A DNA stretch of 64,000 nucleotides from Ignavibacteriales bacterium. GTDB lineage: Bacteria; Bacteroidota; Ignavibacteria; UBA10030; UBA6906. The position numbers and the translations under genes are program-made. The stretch spans positions 96,001 to 160,000 of the forward strand of contig JBBIRR010000001.1 of assembly GCA_037441705.1 (NCBI GenBank), in the 5' to 3' direction. The number at the start of each line of letters is the position of its first letter. Within the stretch, counting starts at the first letter, position 1. Of the stretch, positions 47,685 to 57,700 are shown one piece after another. The notes below the pieces were generated by a model that was given only the letters and a program-made list of their open reading frames with translations, did not search any database and was not told the DNA's origin.

Positions 47685-48401
47685 CTATCCGGTTGCTTTC
47701 AACAGCCAGCGGACGAAGGGCATGGTGTCGAGAAAAATGCCGGCGACGGTGTCGGCAAATTTTCTCGAGTAGCACGGCGACTCGTCCTCCCACTCCACAC
47801 CAACATAGAATTGTTTGTGTTTGAGATGCTCAATCATCGGATGATCTTTCGGAAAGCCGAGCGGTGCCTTCTGCAGCTTCTCGCCCTGAATGGCGCCGAA
47901 CCGCCGTATGAAGCGCCTGTCCTCCACAACGACAAGAAACTCCTCGGGCCGCTCGACGATGGCTGCGCGGATAGCCTTCAACTGGTCGCCCGACGGCATG
48001 TACAATCCGCCGCCTACGAAAATCTCTCCCGGCTCAACACCAACATACAGTCCCGGATACTCGATTCCCTTGCCCACCCCGCGCGGCTGGAAGGACGCGG
48101 CAATGTTCGTCTTATAGGGCGCTTTGTTCTTGCTGAAGCGAACATCGCGATGAATGCGAAAGATCGAGCGGCGCGGATTGAACTCCATCTCCGGAATCTC
48201 ATCGCGCAGCATCCGCGCCAGCGTCGCAATCAGGCACTGCATCGGAAAGCGCACGTTCTGCTCATACTCCGATTTGTGCCGTTGAAACCACGGACGGTTG
48301 TTGTTCCTCTTCAGCTTGCGCAGAAACTCGATGCCGCTTTTGGGAAATCCCTCGAACGGTGGGAAGACGTCCTCATCGATCGGATGTGGGTATGCCATCA
48401 T
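47685..48401 (-). CDS. DUF2461 (TIGR02453) family protein
   Basis: FLRKLKRNNNRPWF, SIFRIHRDVRFSKNKAPYK, GGGLY, PKDHP. Confidence 0.9.
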   Translation of the reverse strand: MMAYPHPIDEDVFPPFEGFPKSGIEFLRKLKRNNNRPWFQRHKSEYEQNVRFPMQCLIATLARMLRDEIPEMEFNPRRSIFRIHRDVRFSKNKAPYKTNIAASFQPRGVGKGIEYPGLYVGVEPGEIFVGGGLYMPSGDQLKAIRAAIVERPEEFLVVVEDRRFIRRFGAIQGEKLQKAPLGFPKDHPMIEHLKHKQFYVGVEWEDESPCYSRKFADTVAGIFLDTMPFVRWLLKATG

Positions 48402-48446
48402 GCATTCTCTTTTTGCAGGAACGTCACAGGCGGATGTACGAATTCA

Positions 48447-50510
48447 TCATTTCCGGAACACAAGATTCCGCACCAACTTCGTCATGTCATAGGGTGCCGG
48501 CTCGCCGCCGAGGTAGCGGTGGAACCAGTCGAGATGCGCGTTGTAGTACAGAGGCATGGACTTCACATGACTGGGCCAGTGGCCGTCATTCTTGAACACG
48601 ATCAAACGCGAAGGGACGCCCATCTTTTGCAGGCCGGTGAAGAACTCGAGACTCTGCGTGTAGGGCACGCGATAATCTTGTTCACCCGTAATGACAAGGC
48701 ACGGCGTCTTGAAGTTCTTGACGTAATTGTTCGGAGAAAGTTTCTGGTAGAGGTCGGACGTCCAGGGCGTTCCGCCGAGATCCCATTCCGGAAACCACAA
48801 CTCTTCCGTCGCGCCATACATCGCCGTGAGATTGTACACGCCCATCATGCACGCGATTGCCTTGAAGCGATCGGTATTGCCTTCCAGCCACATCATCATG
48901 TAGCCGCCGTAGGACCAGCCCATCGCGCCCATGCGTCCGGCATCAACATACGGGAGTTTCGCCAGCGAGTCGGTCACGGCCATGACGTCCTGATACACTT
49001 TTCCGTTCCAGTCCTTGGAGATCGCCTCGGTAAAGGCCTGGCCGTACCCGGTGGAACCGTGGGGATTGGGAAATGCAACGATGTAGCCGGCACCGGGATA
49101 CACCTGCCAATCGCCGCGGAAGCCGTCGGTCCACTGCGACTGCGGGCCTCCGTGGACGTTGAGAATGAGCGGATATTTCTTCGTCGGATCAAAATTGTGC
49201 GGGGTAACGATGAACGTATGAATCAGTTTCCCGGTCGGCGACGGAATCCAGAGTTCTTGCGCGGGGCGAATATCAACCGCATCTGCTATCTCTTTATTGA
49301 AGAAGGTGAGCCGCTTCAGGTTCTTCCCGTCCGTATCAACACGCCACAGTTCTCGCGGTTCGCCCACGGAGCGTCGCACGAGGGCGATGGATTTCCCATC
49401 GGGCGAGATGGCGAACGCGTCGATGGTTCTCGCATTGATCACCTCTGTAATGCGCCCCGATGCGATGTCGACGCGGAAGAGCGGCACCGTTCCCTTCACG
49501 TCGGCAGTAAAGAAAATACTCTTTGAATCCGGCGCCCAGCGAAACCCGTTCACCCAGTAATCAAACGCGTCGGTCAGAACGCGAATGTTCTCCGTCTTCC
49601 GATCGTACAACGCGAGACGAAAGCGATCGGACTCGAAGCCGGGCACGGTTTGCATCCTGAAAGCGATGTACCTGCCGTCGGGCGAGTAGAGCGGATCGCC
49701 GTCGAACGCCCTGTTCGTCGCAGTGATGTTGCGCGGCGTGCCGCCCGCAACAGGCACAAGCCACAAATCCTTGTTCGTCGAGGAGGCTTCATCCGCATCG
49801 TGATTGGACGTGACACACAACTCGGATCCATCAGGCGAGAAGGCAAAGCCTTCACCACCAACCGACCAGGCGGGCCAGTCAAAGTCGCCCGGCGTGAGAT
49901 CGCGATAGCTCTTCGTATCGCGATCGAACAGGAAGGTGTGGGCTCGTTTTCCATCCTTCCAGAAATTCCAATGGCGGTACAACAATCTGTCGGCCATATG
50001 CGCTTGCACCGGACCGTCATCCAATCCCGATTGATTCTTCTTGTTGCAGGCGTCGTCGGCGCCGCATTCGGGAAAGACAAGCGACGAAAAGCCGATATGC
50101 CTTCCTGCCCATCGCACGTTGTCCGCCCCCATCGAAAAGCCGGTAAGCTGGACCGGCTCTCCGCCTTCGAGGGACATCAACCACGCCTGCGAGCCGTCCT
50201 TTCGATTCGATGTGAAGAGAATGGACATGCCATCCGGCGAGAACAAAGGCTTCGTGTCTGCCGCCGGATCGCTTGTCAGTCGCCGCACCTGACTTCCATC
50301 CGCGTTGATGAGATAGATGTCGGTATTGCTTTTGCCTTCCTCCAAAAAATCTTCCTTCACCGTGAAGACAATGCGTTTGCCGTCCGGAGAAAACTGTGGA
50401 TTCTCCACGGTCTTGATTTTGTAGAGATCGGCAATCGTGAAGGCGCGCTTTTGTGCCACGCCGCTCGCGGAAAGAACGAGCGTCAGGAGAATGATGCTAT
50501 AGGATTTCAT
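48447..50510 (-). CDS. Exported S9 family peptidase (PD40 propeller plus alpha/beta hydrolase)
   Basis: FSPDG repeats, HGGPQ, GWSYGG nucleophile, EQDYRVP, DGHW. Confidence 0.95.
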   Translation of the reverse strand: MKSYSIILLTLVLSASGVAQKRAFTIADLYKIKTVENPQFSPDGKRIVFTVKEDFLEEGKSNTDIYLINADGSQVRRLTSDPAADTKPLFSPDGMSILFTSNRKDGSQAWLMSLEGGEPVQLTGFSMGADNVRWAGRHIGFSSLVFPECGADDACNKKNQSGLDDGPVQAHMADRLLYRHWNFWKDGKRAHTFLFDRDTKSYRDLTPGDFDWPAWSVGGEGFAFSPDGSELCVTSNHDADEASSTNKDLWLVPVAGGTPRNITATNRAFDGDPLYSPDGRYIAFRMQTVPGFESDRFRLALYDRKTENIRVLTDAFDYWVNGFRWAPDSKSIFFTADVKGTVPLFRVDIASGRITEVINARTIDAFAISPDGKSIALVRRSVGEPRELWRVDTDGKNLKRLTFFNKEIADAVDIRPAQELWIPSPTGKLIHTFIVTPHNFDPTKKYPLILNVHGGPQSQWTDGFRGDWQVYPGAGYIVAFPNPHGSTGYGQAFTEAISKDWNGKVYQDVMAVTDSLAKLPYVDAGRMGAMGWSYGGYMMMWLEGNTDRFKAIACMMGVYNLTAMYGATEELWFPEWDLGGTPWTSDLYQKLSPNNYVKNFKTPCLVITGEQDYRVPYTQSLEFFTGLQKMGVPSRLIVFKNDGHWPSHVKSMPLYYNAHLDWFHRYLGGEPAPYDMTKLVRNLVFRK

Positions 50511-50611
50511 CGTGTTTCCTCAGTGAGTTGGTAGAAGGTGGATGGAATTAGACCTGGACTCGCGGAGATGGCTCGACGTTCTCGGAGAAGGCATGAAACC
50601 GGCGCTGAGGA

Positions 50612-50998
50612 TTACGGGCCGCGCTCCAATCGTGCCTGCAGCCGCGTGGTGATAACGTGGCACTCATCCTTCGAGACGACAACGTTCGCCTGTGTCCACT
50701 CTCGGTATCCGGGCTTGCGCACGACAACCGTGTAGATGCCGGGCCGCTCAAACGCCCCGACCATCGTCAACGCACCCTGCGGCGGAAGGGTGGGAAACAC
50801 GCGCAGGGTGTCCACAAACAAACCCTCTTGCGCCAATCCGATGGCGCCTTCCGCGGCCGGTTCACCGGTGAGAGCATCTCGCACGTCTACCTCGATGCCG
50901 GCACGCGCTTCCGTCGTACAAATCCTTCCGGGAAGCCCGTCATCTTTGCAACTCGAAAACAGCACGACCGCCGCGAACAAAGCAGCACCCTTGCTCAT
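50612..50998 (-). CDS. Small lipoprotein with a carboxypeptidase-regulatory-like Ig fold
   Basis: Lipobox LFSSC; ERPGIYTVVVRKPGY; two further Cys residues. Confidence 0.75.
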   Translation of the reverse strand: MSKGAALFAAVVLFSSCKDDGLPGRICTTEARAGIEVDVRDALTGEPAAEGAIGLAQEGLFVDTLRVFPTLPPQGALTMVGAFERPGIYTVVVRKPGYREWTQANVVVSKDECHVITTRLQARLERGP

Positions 50999-51006
50999 TG
51001 CCCCTC

Positions 51007-53331
51007 CTACCTTGCATTGAACTTCGCTTTGAGATCCTCGAGCGTAAAATGTTTTTCCGGCGGCTTCTCGTGCTTCGCTTCCGGTACGCTTTCCGGCTTT
51101 TGCTCCTGCTTCTTTTTCGCGGGCTTCGCACCCTTTTCTTTTTTGGTCGGCTTCTCCTTGCGCGGCCGTGGGGGCGCATTCGGCGACTTCATCGTCAGGC
51201 TAATGCGCTTCAATGTCGCGTTCACCTCGAGCACCCGCACCTTGACGATCTGCCCGACCTTCACCACTTTCTTCGGATCGGCAACGTACTTGTCTGCAAG
51301 CTGTGAGACGTGCACGAGTCCGTCCTGATGCACGCCGATATCAACGAAGGCTCCGAAGTTGGCAACGTTCGTCACGACGCCCTCAAGCTCCATTCCCGGT
51401 TTCAGGTCGGCAATGTCTTTTACATCTTCCTTGAATTTTGGGGAGACAAACTCCGCGCGCGGGTCCCGTCCGGGCTTCAGCAACTCGTTGATGATGTCGC
51501 GAACCGTAGGCTCGCCGGCCGTTTCCGTGACGTAGCGTTTGATGTCGAGCGCCTGCAGCTTGTCGGCAACCTCGGGCACCCTGTCCAGCGTCACACCAAG
51601 GTCCTGCAGGATTCGTTCGGCGATGTGGTAACTTTCGGGGTGAACTGCCGAATTATCGAGAGGATTATCGCCGTTGCGGATGCGGAGAAATCCCGCGGCC
51701 TGTTCGAATGCCTTCGGCCCGAACTGCGGCACGTTCATCAACTCCTGCCGGTTGCGGAAGGGACCGTGATCTTCACGATACTTCACGATGTTGCGTGCGC
51801 TGCCCTTGTTCAATCCCGACACGTACTTCAGCAACTCGACCGAAGCCAGATTCAGGTCAACGCCGACGTAGTTCACGCAGCTTTCGACCGTCTCTCCCAA
51901 CTTCTTCTTGAGCAGCTTCTGATCCACATCGTGCTGGTATTGCCCGACGCCGATGGATTTGGGATCAATCTTGACAAGCTCGGCAAGGGGATCCTGCAGG
52001 CGTCGCGCGATGCTGATGGCGCCGCGAATGGTGAGATCGAGTTTGGGAAACTCTTGAATCGCGACGTGGCTTGCCGAGTACACCGACGCGCCCGCCTCAC
52101 TCACCAACACTTTGATCGGCGGCTTCTCCAACTCCTTGATCACCTCGCCGATGAACTCGTCGGTTTCGCGCCCGGCCGTACCGTTGCCGATGGCGATGAG
52201 TTCCACATTGTGCTTCACAATCAAATCGCGTATCACCTGCCCTGCCTGCAGGCGCTGCGCCTCGGAATGATGCGGGTAGATGGTCGCATCCTCGAGGAAT
52301 TTGCCCGTTTCGCTCACGACGGCGACCTTGCAGCCGGTGCGCAAGCCGGGATCAATCCCCATCGTGGGCTTCATGCCGGCAGGGCTGGAGAGCAACAGCG
52401 CACGCAAATTCTCCTCGAATGTTTTGATGGATTCCCGATCGGCATATTCCTTTTTCTCCACCCGCACATCGTTCTCTAACGAGGGCCTCATGAGACGTTC
52501 GAAGGCGTCCTTGAGCATCGCTTGATAGAACGCGGCCACCGCCGGTGCCTGCGTGTGAAGCTCCTGTTGCTCGAGGTAGCGCAGCGCCGCGGCTTCATCG
52601 AACTGCAAGCTCACGGTCAGCACGCCTTCGTGTTCGCCGCGCAGCAGTGCCAGCATGTTGTGGGCGTGGATATCCCGCACGCGCACTTTGTACTCGCGGT
52701 ACATCTCGAACTTCGTCGTTCCCGGAGGAAAGTCATCCTTCACCTTTGAAACAAAGAAGCCCTCTTTCATCAGGTACTGCCGCAGATGCGCGCGGAGATG
52801 CGCTTTCTCCGAGACTTCCTCTGCGAGGATGTCGGATGCGCCTGCAAGTGCCTCCGCCGCTGTAGGAACACCTTTTTCTGGGTTGATGTATTTTGCGGCT
52901 TCTTCCTCCAGCGACGCCGCGGGAGATTCAGGAACGTTCAGGGATTGGATGAATGCCGCGAGAGGTTCGAGGCCTTTTTCTCGCGCCTCGGTTGCGCGCG
53001 TCCGTTTCTTCGGCTTGAAGGGAAGGTACAGATCTTCGAGTGTCGTCTTGTCCAACGTCGCCTCGATCGCTGCGCGAAGCGCGTCGGTCAGCTTCCCCTG
53101 TGCTTCGATCGCGCTGAGAACAGTCTGCTTGCGCTGTTCGAGTTCGGTGAGATAGGCAAATCGGTCGAAGAGCTTGCGCAATCGCGTTTCGTCCATCCCG
53201 CCCGTTCGCTCTTTGCGATACCGGGCGATGAACGGCACCGTGGCACCGTCGGCGTGGAGGGCAAGCGCATTCTGAACATAGTGAAGTTTGAGGGACAGCT
53301 CGCGGGCGAGGCGTTCGGGGATGTTAAGCAT
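51007..53331 (-). CDS. tex: Tex family RNA-binding transcription accessory protein
   Basis: TVPFIARYRKERTG, GIDPGLRTGCK, SEAGASVYSAS, HhH region, S1 domain FGAFVDIGVHQDGLVHVS; start set to MLNIP. Confidence 0.96.
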   Translation of the reverse strand: MLNIPERLARELSLKLHYVQNALALHADGATVPFIARYRKERTGGMDETRLRKLFDRFAYLTELEQRKQTVLSAIEAQGKLTDALRAAIEATLDKTTLEDLYLPFKPKKRTRATEAREKGLEPLAAFIQSLNVPESPAASLEEEAAKYINPEKGVPTAAEALAGASDILAEEVSEKAHLRAHLRQYLMKEGFFVSKVKDDFPPGTTKFEMYREYKVRVRDIHAHNMLALLRGEHEGVLTVSLQFDEAAALRYLEQQELHTQAPAVAAFYQAMLKDAFERLMRPSLENDVRVEKKEYADRESIKTFEENLRALLLSSPAGMKPTMGIDPGLRTGCKVAVVSETGKFLEDATIYPHHSEAQRLQAGQVIRDLIVKHNVELIAIGNGTAGRETDEFIGEVIKELEKPPIKVLVSEAGASVYSASHVAIQEFPKLDLTIRGAISIARRLQDPLAELVKIDPKSIGVGQYQHDVDQKLLKKKLGETVESCVNYVGVDLNLASVELLKYVSGLNKGSARNIVKYREDHGPFRNRQELMNVPQFGPKAFEQAAGFLRIRNGDNPLDNSAVHPESYHIAERILQDLGVTLDRVPEVADKLQALDIKRYVTETAGEPTVRDIINELLKPGRDPRAEFVSPKFKEDVKDIADLKPGMELEGVVTNVANFGAFVDIGVHQDGLVHVSQLADKYVADPKKVVKVGQIVKVRVLEVNATLKRISLTMKSPNAPPRPRKEKPTKKEKGAKPAKKKQEQKPESVPEAKHEKPPEKHFTLEDLKAKFNAR

Positions 53332-53530
53332 GGTAACTTCTAAGGTCTCGTTGGAACCTACGTCAACCGCACCCAATGTACATAAATTTTCCCGTTCGAT
53401 ACAAGCATTTGTTCGGCCGTCCCTTTTTCCATATTTTCTTCTCCGCAGAAGAACGAGGGGCAGGAGTGCACCACATAAACTGTTTTTCCTTCCGGCCTTC
53501 ACGTCACGTCTGCAGTCACACGTTCCAACG

Positions 53531-55138
53531 ATGGGTATCAACGAAGAACTTTTGAAGCGGCGCACGTTCGCCATCATCTCGCATCCGGATGCGGGCAAGA
53601 CGACACTGACGGAGAAGTTTCTCCTCTACGGCGGCGCCGTGCAGCTCGCCGGCTCCGTGACCGCACGGAAACATCAGCGTCAAACCACCAGCGACTGGAT
53701 GGAGCTTGAGCGCAAGCGCGGCATTTCCATCACCTCCACCGTTCTGCAGTTCGACTACAACGGATACAGAATCAATCTGTTGGATACGCCCGGCCATCAG
53801 GACTTCTCTGAAGATACCTATCGCGTTCTCACCGCGGTTGACGGCGTGATTATGGTGATTGATGCGGGCAAGGGCATCGAGTCGCAAACGAAGAAGCTCT
53901 TCGAGGTATGCCGCCGTCGGCATATCCCCATCTTTACCTTCATGAATAAATGCGACCGCCCGACGCTCGATCCGCTTGCCCTGATTGACGAATTAGAAGA
54001 GGTTCTGGGCATCGGCGCATTCCCGATGAATTGGCCGCTTGGCACGGGAGAGGAATTCCGCGGCGTGTACGAACGGCAAACGAAGCTTGCGCATTTCTTC
54101 GAGCGAACGGCCGGCGGAGCCTACCGCGCTCCCGTCACCGTCGCCTCGCTGCATGACGACGCGATCAAGGACCTGCTCAGCAGCGAAACCCACGAACGGC
54201 TCGTCGAAGAAATCGAGATGCTGGACATTGCAGGCGCATCATACACCTCCGACGCCGTTCTGCAAGGAAAAATCACGCCGGTGTTTTTCGGGAGTGCGAA
54301 GAACAACTTTGGCGTACAGTTGTTGTTGGATGGATATCTCGAGCACGCGGTACCGCCGGCACCGCGCCGTTCGGGCGAGCGGTTGGTGATGCCCGACGAG
54401 GAGGCCTTTTCGGGATTCATCTTCAAGATTCAGGCAAATATGGATCCGCGGCACCGCGATCGCATTGCCTTTCTCCGCATCTGCTCGGGGAAATTCACGC
54501 GCGATATGTTCGCCATCCACGCCCGAACCGGAAAGCGCGTCCGCCTTGCCAATTCCCAGAAAACGCTCGGGCAATCCCGCGAGACCATTGACGAAGCGTA
54601 CGCGGGTGACATCATCGGCTTCATCGGCCACGCCGACTTCCACATCGGCGACACGCTGACGGAGGACCCTTCCATCGTCTACGACGAGATTCCGCGCTTC
54701 CCGCCTGAGCATTTCGTTCTCCTCCACAATCCCAGCCCGGCGAATTACAAGAAGTTCCGAGATGGACTCGATCAACTGACGCAGGAAGGAGTTGTACAAG
54801 TCTTCTATCGCGCACAGGCAGGCCCACGCGTCCCGATCCTCGCTGCCGTCGGGCCGCTGCAGTTCGAAGTCGTGCAGTACCGCCTCGAGCATGAATACGG
54901 CGCGCCGTCGCGCCTCGAGCAGACGGAATGGAAATTCCTGCGCTGGCTTCCGCCCGATCTCGGCGCCGAGCGCATCACATCGCTCATCATCCCGACGGGC
55001 GCGGCACTCGCAGAAGATCCTCACGAACAGCTCGCACTCCTCTTTCCGGGCGAGTGGGCGCTCAACTATTTTCTCGACAAGAATGAGAACGTGTCGGTGA
55101 GCGATTTGCCCTTTCGCAATCTCCTTACTCCTCCATAA
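53531..55138 (+). CDS. prfC: Peptide chain release factor 3
   Basis: RRTFAIISHPDAGKTTLTEK, SDWMELERKRGISI, DTPGHQDFSEDTY, HRDRIAF; start set to MGINE. Confidence 0.97.
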   Translation: MGINEELLKRRTFAIISHPDAGKTTLTEKFLLYGGAVQLAGSVTARKHQRQTTSDWMELERKRGISITSTVLQFDYNGYRINLLDTPGHQDFSEDTYRVLTAVDGVIMVIDAGKGIESQTKKLFEVCRRRHIPIFTFMNKCDRPTLDPLALIDELEEVLGIGAFPMNWPLGTGEEFRGVYERQTKLAHFFERTAGGAYRAPVTVASLHDDAIKDLLSSETHERLVEEIEMLDIAGASYTSDAVLQGKITPVFFGSAKNNFGVQLLLDGYLEHAVPPAPRRSGERLVMPDEEAFSGFIFKIQANMDPRHRDRIAFLRICSGKFTRDMFAIHARTGKRVRLANSQKTLGQSRETIDEAYAGDIIGFIGHADFHIGDTLTEDPSIVYDEIPRFPPEHFVLLHNPSPANYKKFRDGLDQLTQEGVVQVFYRAQAGPRVPILAAVGPLQFEVVQYRLEHEYGAPSRLEQTEWKFLRWLPPDLGAERITSLIIPTGAALAEDPHEQLALLFPGEWALNYFLDKNENVSVSDLPFRNLLTPP

Positions 55139-55228
55139 GCCGAGCTTGCCCATCTTGCCTTTGTCATCGGCTTTTAGTAGAATCGTATTGTCAATTCATC
55201 ACTTACAGGGACGTCGCGTTCCACGAAG

Positions 55229-56143
55229 ATGTCGAAATCCACGAAATGGTTTCTGACCATCCTGTTCATCCTTCTGGTCGTCGGCGCGGGGTTTGTGCTG
55301 TTGTTGTTCTCGGCTATCAGATCGCTTGAACGCGACGAGCGCGAAACAGTCGTGATCGGGCGCGGCGAGAAACTTGCCGTCATCGAGTTGAAAGGCGATA
55401 TTGAATCGGCCGACGATGTTGTTCGCCAGCTCAAGAAGTACCGCGACGACAAAGCCATCAAAGGAATTATTCTGCGCATCGACTCTCCGGGTGGCGGTGT
55501 CGTGGCCAGCCAGGAGATGTACGAGGAGATGCGAAAGACACGCGACGCGGGCAAGCCCATCGTTGTTTCGATGGGCGCGCTTGCGGCAAGCGGCGGATAC
55601 TATGTTGCATGCGGCGCGTCGAAACTGGTGGCCAACCGCGGCACACTCACCGGCAGCATCGGCGTCATCGGAGAGTTCGTTCAACTACATGAAGCCCTCA
55701 ACAAGCTCGGCATTGACGTCAAGACAATCAAGAGCGGCAGGCTGAAGGATGCAGGATCGCCCACGCAACCAATGAGCAAAGACGCCGAGAAGTATTTTCA
55801 GAGTTTGATGGACGATGTTCACGATCAGTTCATCGGCGTGGTTGCTGCGGAGCGGAAATTGGATCACCGTAAGGTGGTCGAGATTGCCGACGGGCGAGTA
55901 TTCACCGGCGAGCAGGCACTGGAGCTGGGACTCGTGGACACGCTCGGAACGTTCGAAGATGCCGTCCGCATTGCAGCCGACCTGGCAGGAATCGAAGGCG
56001 AGCCGTCGCTCGTGCGCGAGCAGGCGCGCAAACGCTGGTGGGTCGAGAGGATCTTCGGCGACGTTCGTGCAAGCGTTGAGGAACTGAAACGGGGACTCCT
56101 GCAAACACCGGTGCTCTCCTATCGGTACAACGGCCCGTTTTGA
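55229..56143 (+). CDS. sppA: Signal peptide peptidase SppA (36K type)
   Basis: N-terminal TM; RIDSPGG, AASGGYY, TGSIGV, DGRVFTGEQA. Confidence 0.95.
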   Translation: MSKSTKWFLTILFILLVVGAGFVLLLFSAIRSLERDERETVVIGRGEKLAVIELKGDIESADDVVRQLKKYRDDKAIKGIILRIDSPGGGVVASQEMYEEMRKTRDAGKPIVVSMGALAASGGYYVACGASKLVANRGTLTGSIGVIGEFVQLHEALNKLGIDVKTIKSGRLKDAGSPTQPMSKDAEKYFQSLMDDVHDQFIGVVAAERKLDHRKVVEIADGRVFTGEQALELGLVDTLGTFEDAVRIAADLAGIEGEPSLVREQARKRWWVERIFGDVRASVEELKRGLLQTPVLSYRYNGPF

Positions 56144-56289
56144 TCGAGAAGAGTTTCCTCGCAGAATGCCGGGGTTCCTGGTACGTACGGCGGCGGCAAC
56201 CCGTGTTGCGCTCGGGCATGCGCAGGTTCCTTTCTTTACTTGGTTCACAAGCAGCGTCATATCGTACAAATACCACAGGAGGATTTGCG

Positions 56290-56601
56290 TTGACCAAAGC
56301 CGATATTGTTGATCGCATCGCTACGGGAACGGGCCTGACGAAAGTCGACACCGAGGCCGTCGTGGACGGGTTCATCCTCACCGTCATTGAAGCAATGAAG
56401 GAAGGAAAGAATATCGAGATACGCGGGTTTGGAAGCTTCAAGGTGAAGAAACGCAAAGGACGCATCGCCCGCAACCCGCGCACGGGCGAACAGGTGATGG
56501 TGGATGAACATTGGGTCCCAATCTTCAAAGTCTCTAAAGAAGTGAAACAGGCGGTGAACGAGAACCTGCAGAAAACCGCCCAACAGCAACCGGAGTCGTA
56601 A
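56290..56601 (+). CDS. HU/IHF family nucleoid protein
   Basis: TKADIV, IEIRGFGSFKV, ARNPRTGE; TTG start after an AGGAGG RBS. Confidence 0.95.
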   Translation: MTKADIVDRIATGTGLTKVDTEAVVDGFILTVIEAMKEGKNIEIRGFGSFKVKKRKGRIARNPRTGEQVMVDEHWVPIFKVSKEVKQAVNENLQKTAQQQPES

Positions 56602-56617
56602 GAGGAGAACGGGCGAG

Positions 56618-57526
56618 ATGGCGACGGCGAAGCTTGTGTGCAGCGAGTGCGGAAACGAACTTTCCCGCGGCGATAGATTTTGCCCTAAGTGCGGCGCGCG
56701 CATTGACGACGGCACGCCGCAGCCGAAGAGCACCGCTGCATCTCTCACGTGCGAAATTTGCGGCCACATCAATACGCACACCGGAGCCTACTGCGAAGCC
56801 TGCGGCGCCAAACTTCCGGGCAGAACGTTTGGCGAACCGGCACCTGTAGAAAAATCGCCCGCCTCGACGTCACAGAAAAAGAAGGCAATATCACGAAACG
56901 CCCAACCGTTCCGATTTCAACCCTGGCATTACGCGGCGGGAGTGTTCGTGATCGCGCTGCTCGGCTATTTCATCTATCTCGAGCTTCAGCGCGACACAGG
57001 AGAACACATCCATACCGGCATGCAAGTCCCAGCCACACAGGGTTCCTCGTCACAGCCGCCAAAAGAAATCCTTGACGCGATCGAACGCCTCGAGACCCAG
57101 GTCAGAGACAACCCGACGAGCGACGGAGCGAAATTGCTGCTTGCCAACGCATTGCACGACGCCGGCATGCACGACCCCCGGATGTTACCGCGCGCCATCG
57201 ACGCGTACAAGGAGTACCTGAAGAAAAAACCCGACGATCCCAACGCCCGCGTAGACCTCGGCATCTGCTACTTTGAGCTTGGCAAACTCGACACCACGCG
57301 CAAGGGCTCACTCTTCTCCATGGCTATCAGAGAAATGGAGAGCGCGATGAAGATGTCGCCGACGCATCAACCCGGGGCGTTCAATTTGGGCATTGTCTAC
57401 CTCTATGCGGGCAACGTGAAGGAATCCAACAGGTGGTTCAAGAAGGCGATTGACTTGAATCCCGAATCGGATTTGGGGAAGAGGGCGAAAGATATTCTCG
57501 ACCAACATGCACAAGCAGGTCTCTAA
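56618..57526 (+). CDS. Zinc-ribbon, TM and TPR protein
   Basis: Four CxxCG motifs, one TM helix, C-terminal TPRs (ARVDLGICYF, AFNLGIVY). Confidence 0.85.
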   Translation: MATAKLVCSECGNELSRGDRFCPKCGARIDDGTPQPKSTAASLTCEICGHINTHTGAYCEACGAKLPGRTFGEPAPVEKSPASTSQKKKAISRNAQPFRFQPWHYAAGVFVIALLGYFIYLELQRDTGEHIHTGMQVPATQGSSSQPPKEILDAIERLETQVRDNPTSDGAKLLLANALHDAGMHDPRMLPRAIDAYKEYLKKKPDDPNARVDLGICYFELGKLDTTRKGSLFSMAIREMESAMKMSPTHQPGAFNLGIVYLYAGNVKESNRWFKKAIDLNPESDLGKRAKDILDQHAQAGL

Positions 57527-57564
57527 CCTCATCCAACCACCCATCTCGAAGGAAAGGAGGTAGC

Positions 57565-57660
57565 ATGCCCAGCGGCAAGAAGCGCAAGCGCCACAAAATG
57601 GCAACGCACAAGCGCAAGAAGCGCCTGCGCAAGATGCGCCACAAGAAGAAGAACCGATAA
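57565..57660 (+). CDS. 31-aa basic protein, bS22/AURKAIP1-COX24 (DUF1713)-like small ribosomal protein
   Basis: MPSGKKRKRHKMATHKRKKRLRKMRHKKKNR; strong AAGGAGG RBS; terminator follows; below the ORF-track length cut-off. Confidence 0.88.
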   Translation: MPSGKKRKRHKMATHKRKKRLRKMRHKKKNR

Positions 57661-57668
57661 GCCATACA

Positions 57669-57695
57669 CGAATCCCGCCTCGCAGGCGGGATTCG
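57669..57695. terminator. Bidirectional terminator between the bS22-like gene and lon
   Basis: CGAATCCCGCCT-CGC-AGGCGGGATTCG, 12-bp perfect stem. Confidence 0.75.
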
Positions 57696-57700
57696 CATGT

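Noticed and set aside
53332-53598. Overlapping N-terminal extensions of tex and prfC in the ORF track
   Set aside because: Conserved domains start at 53331 and 53531; the gap is a divergent promoter region
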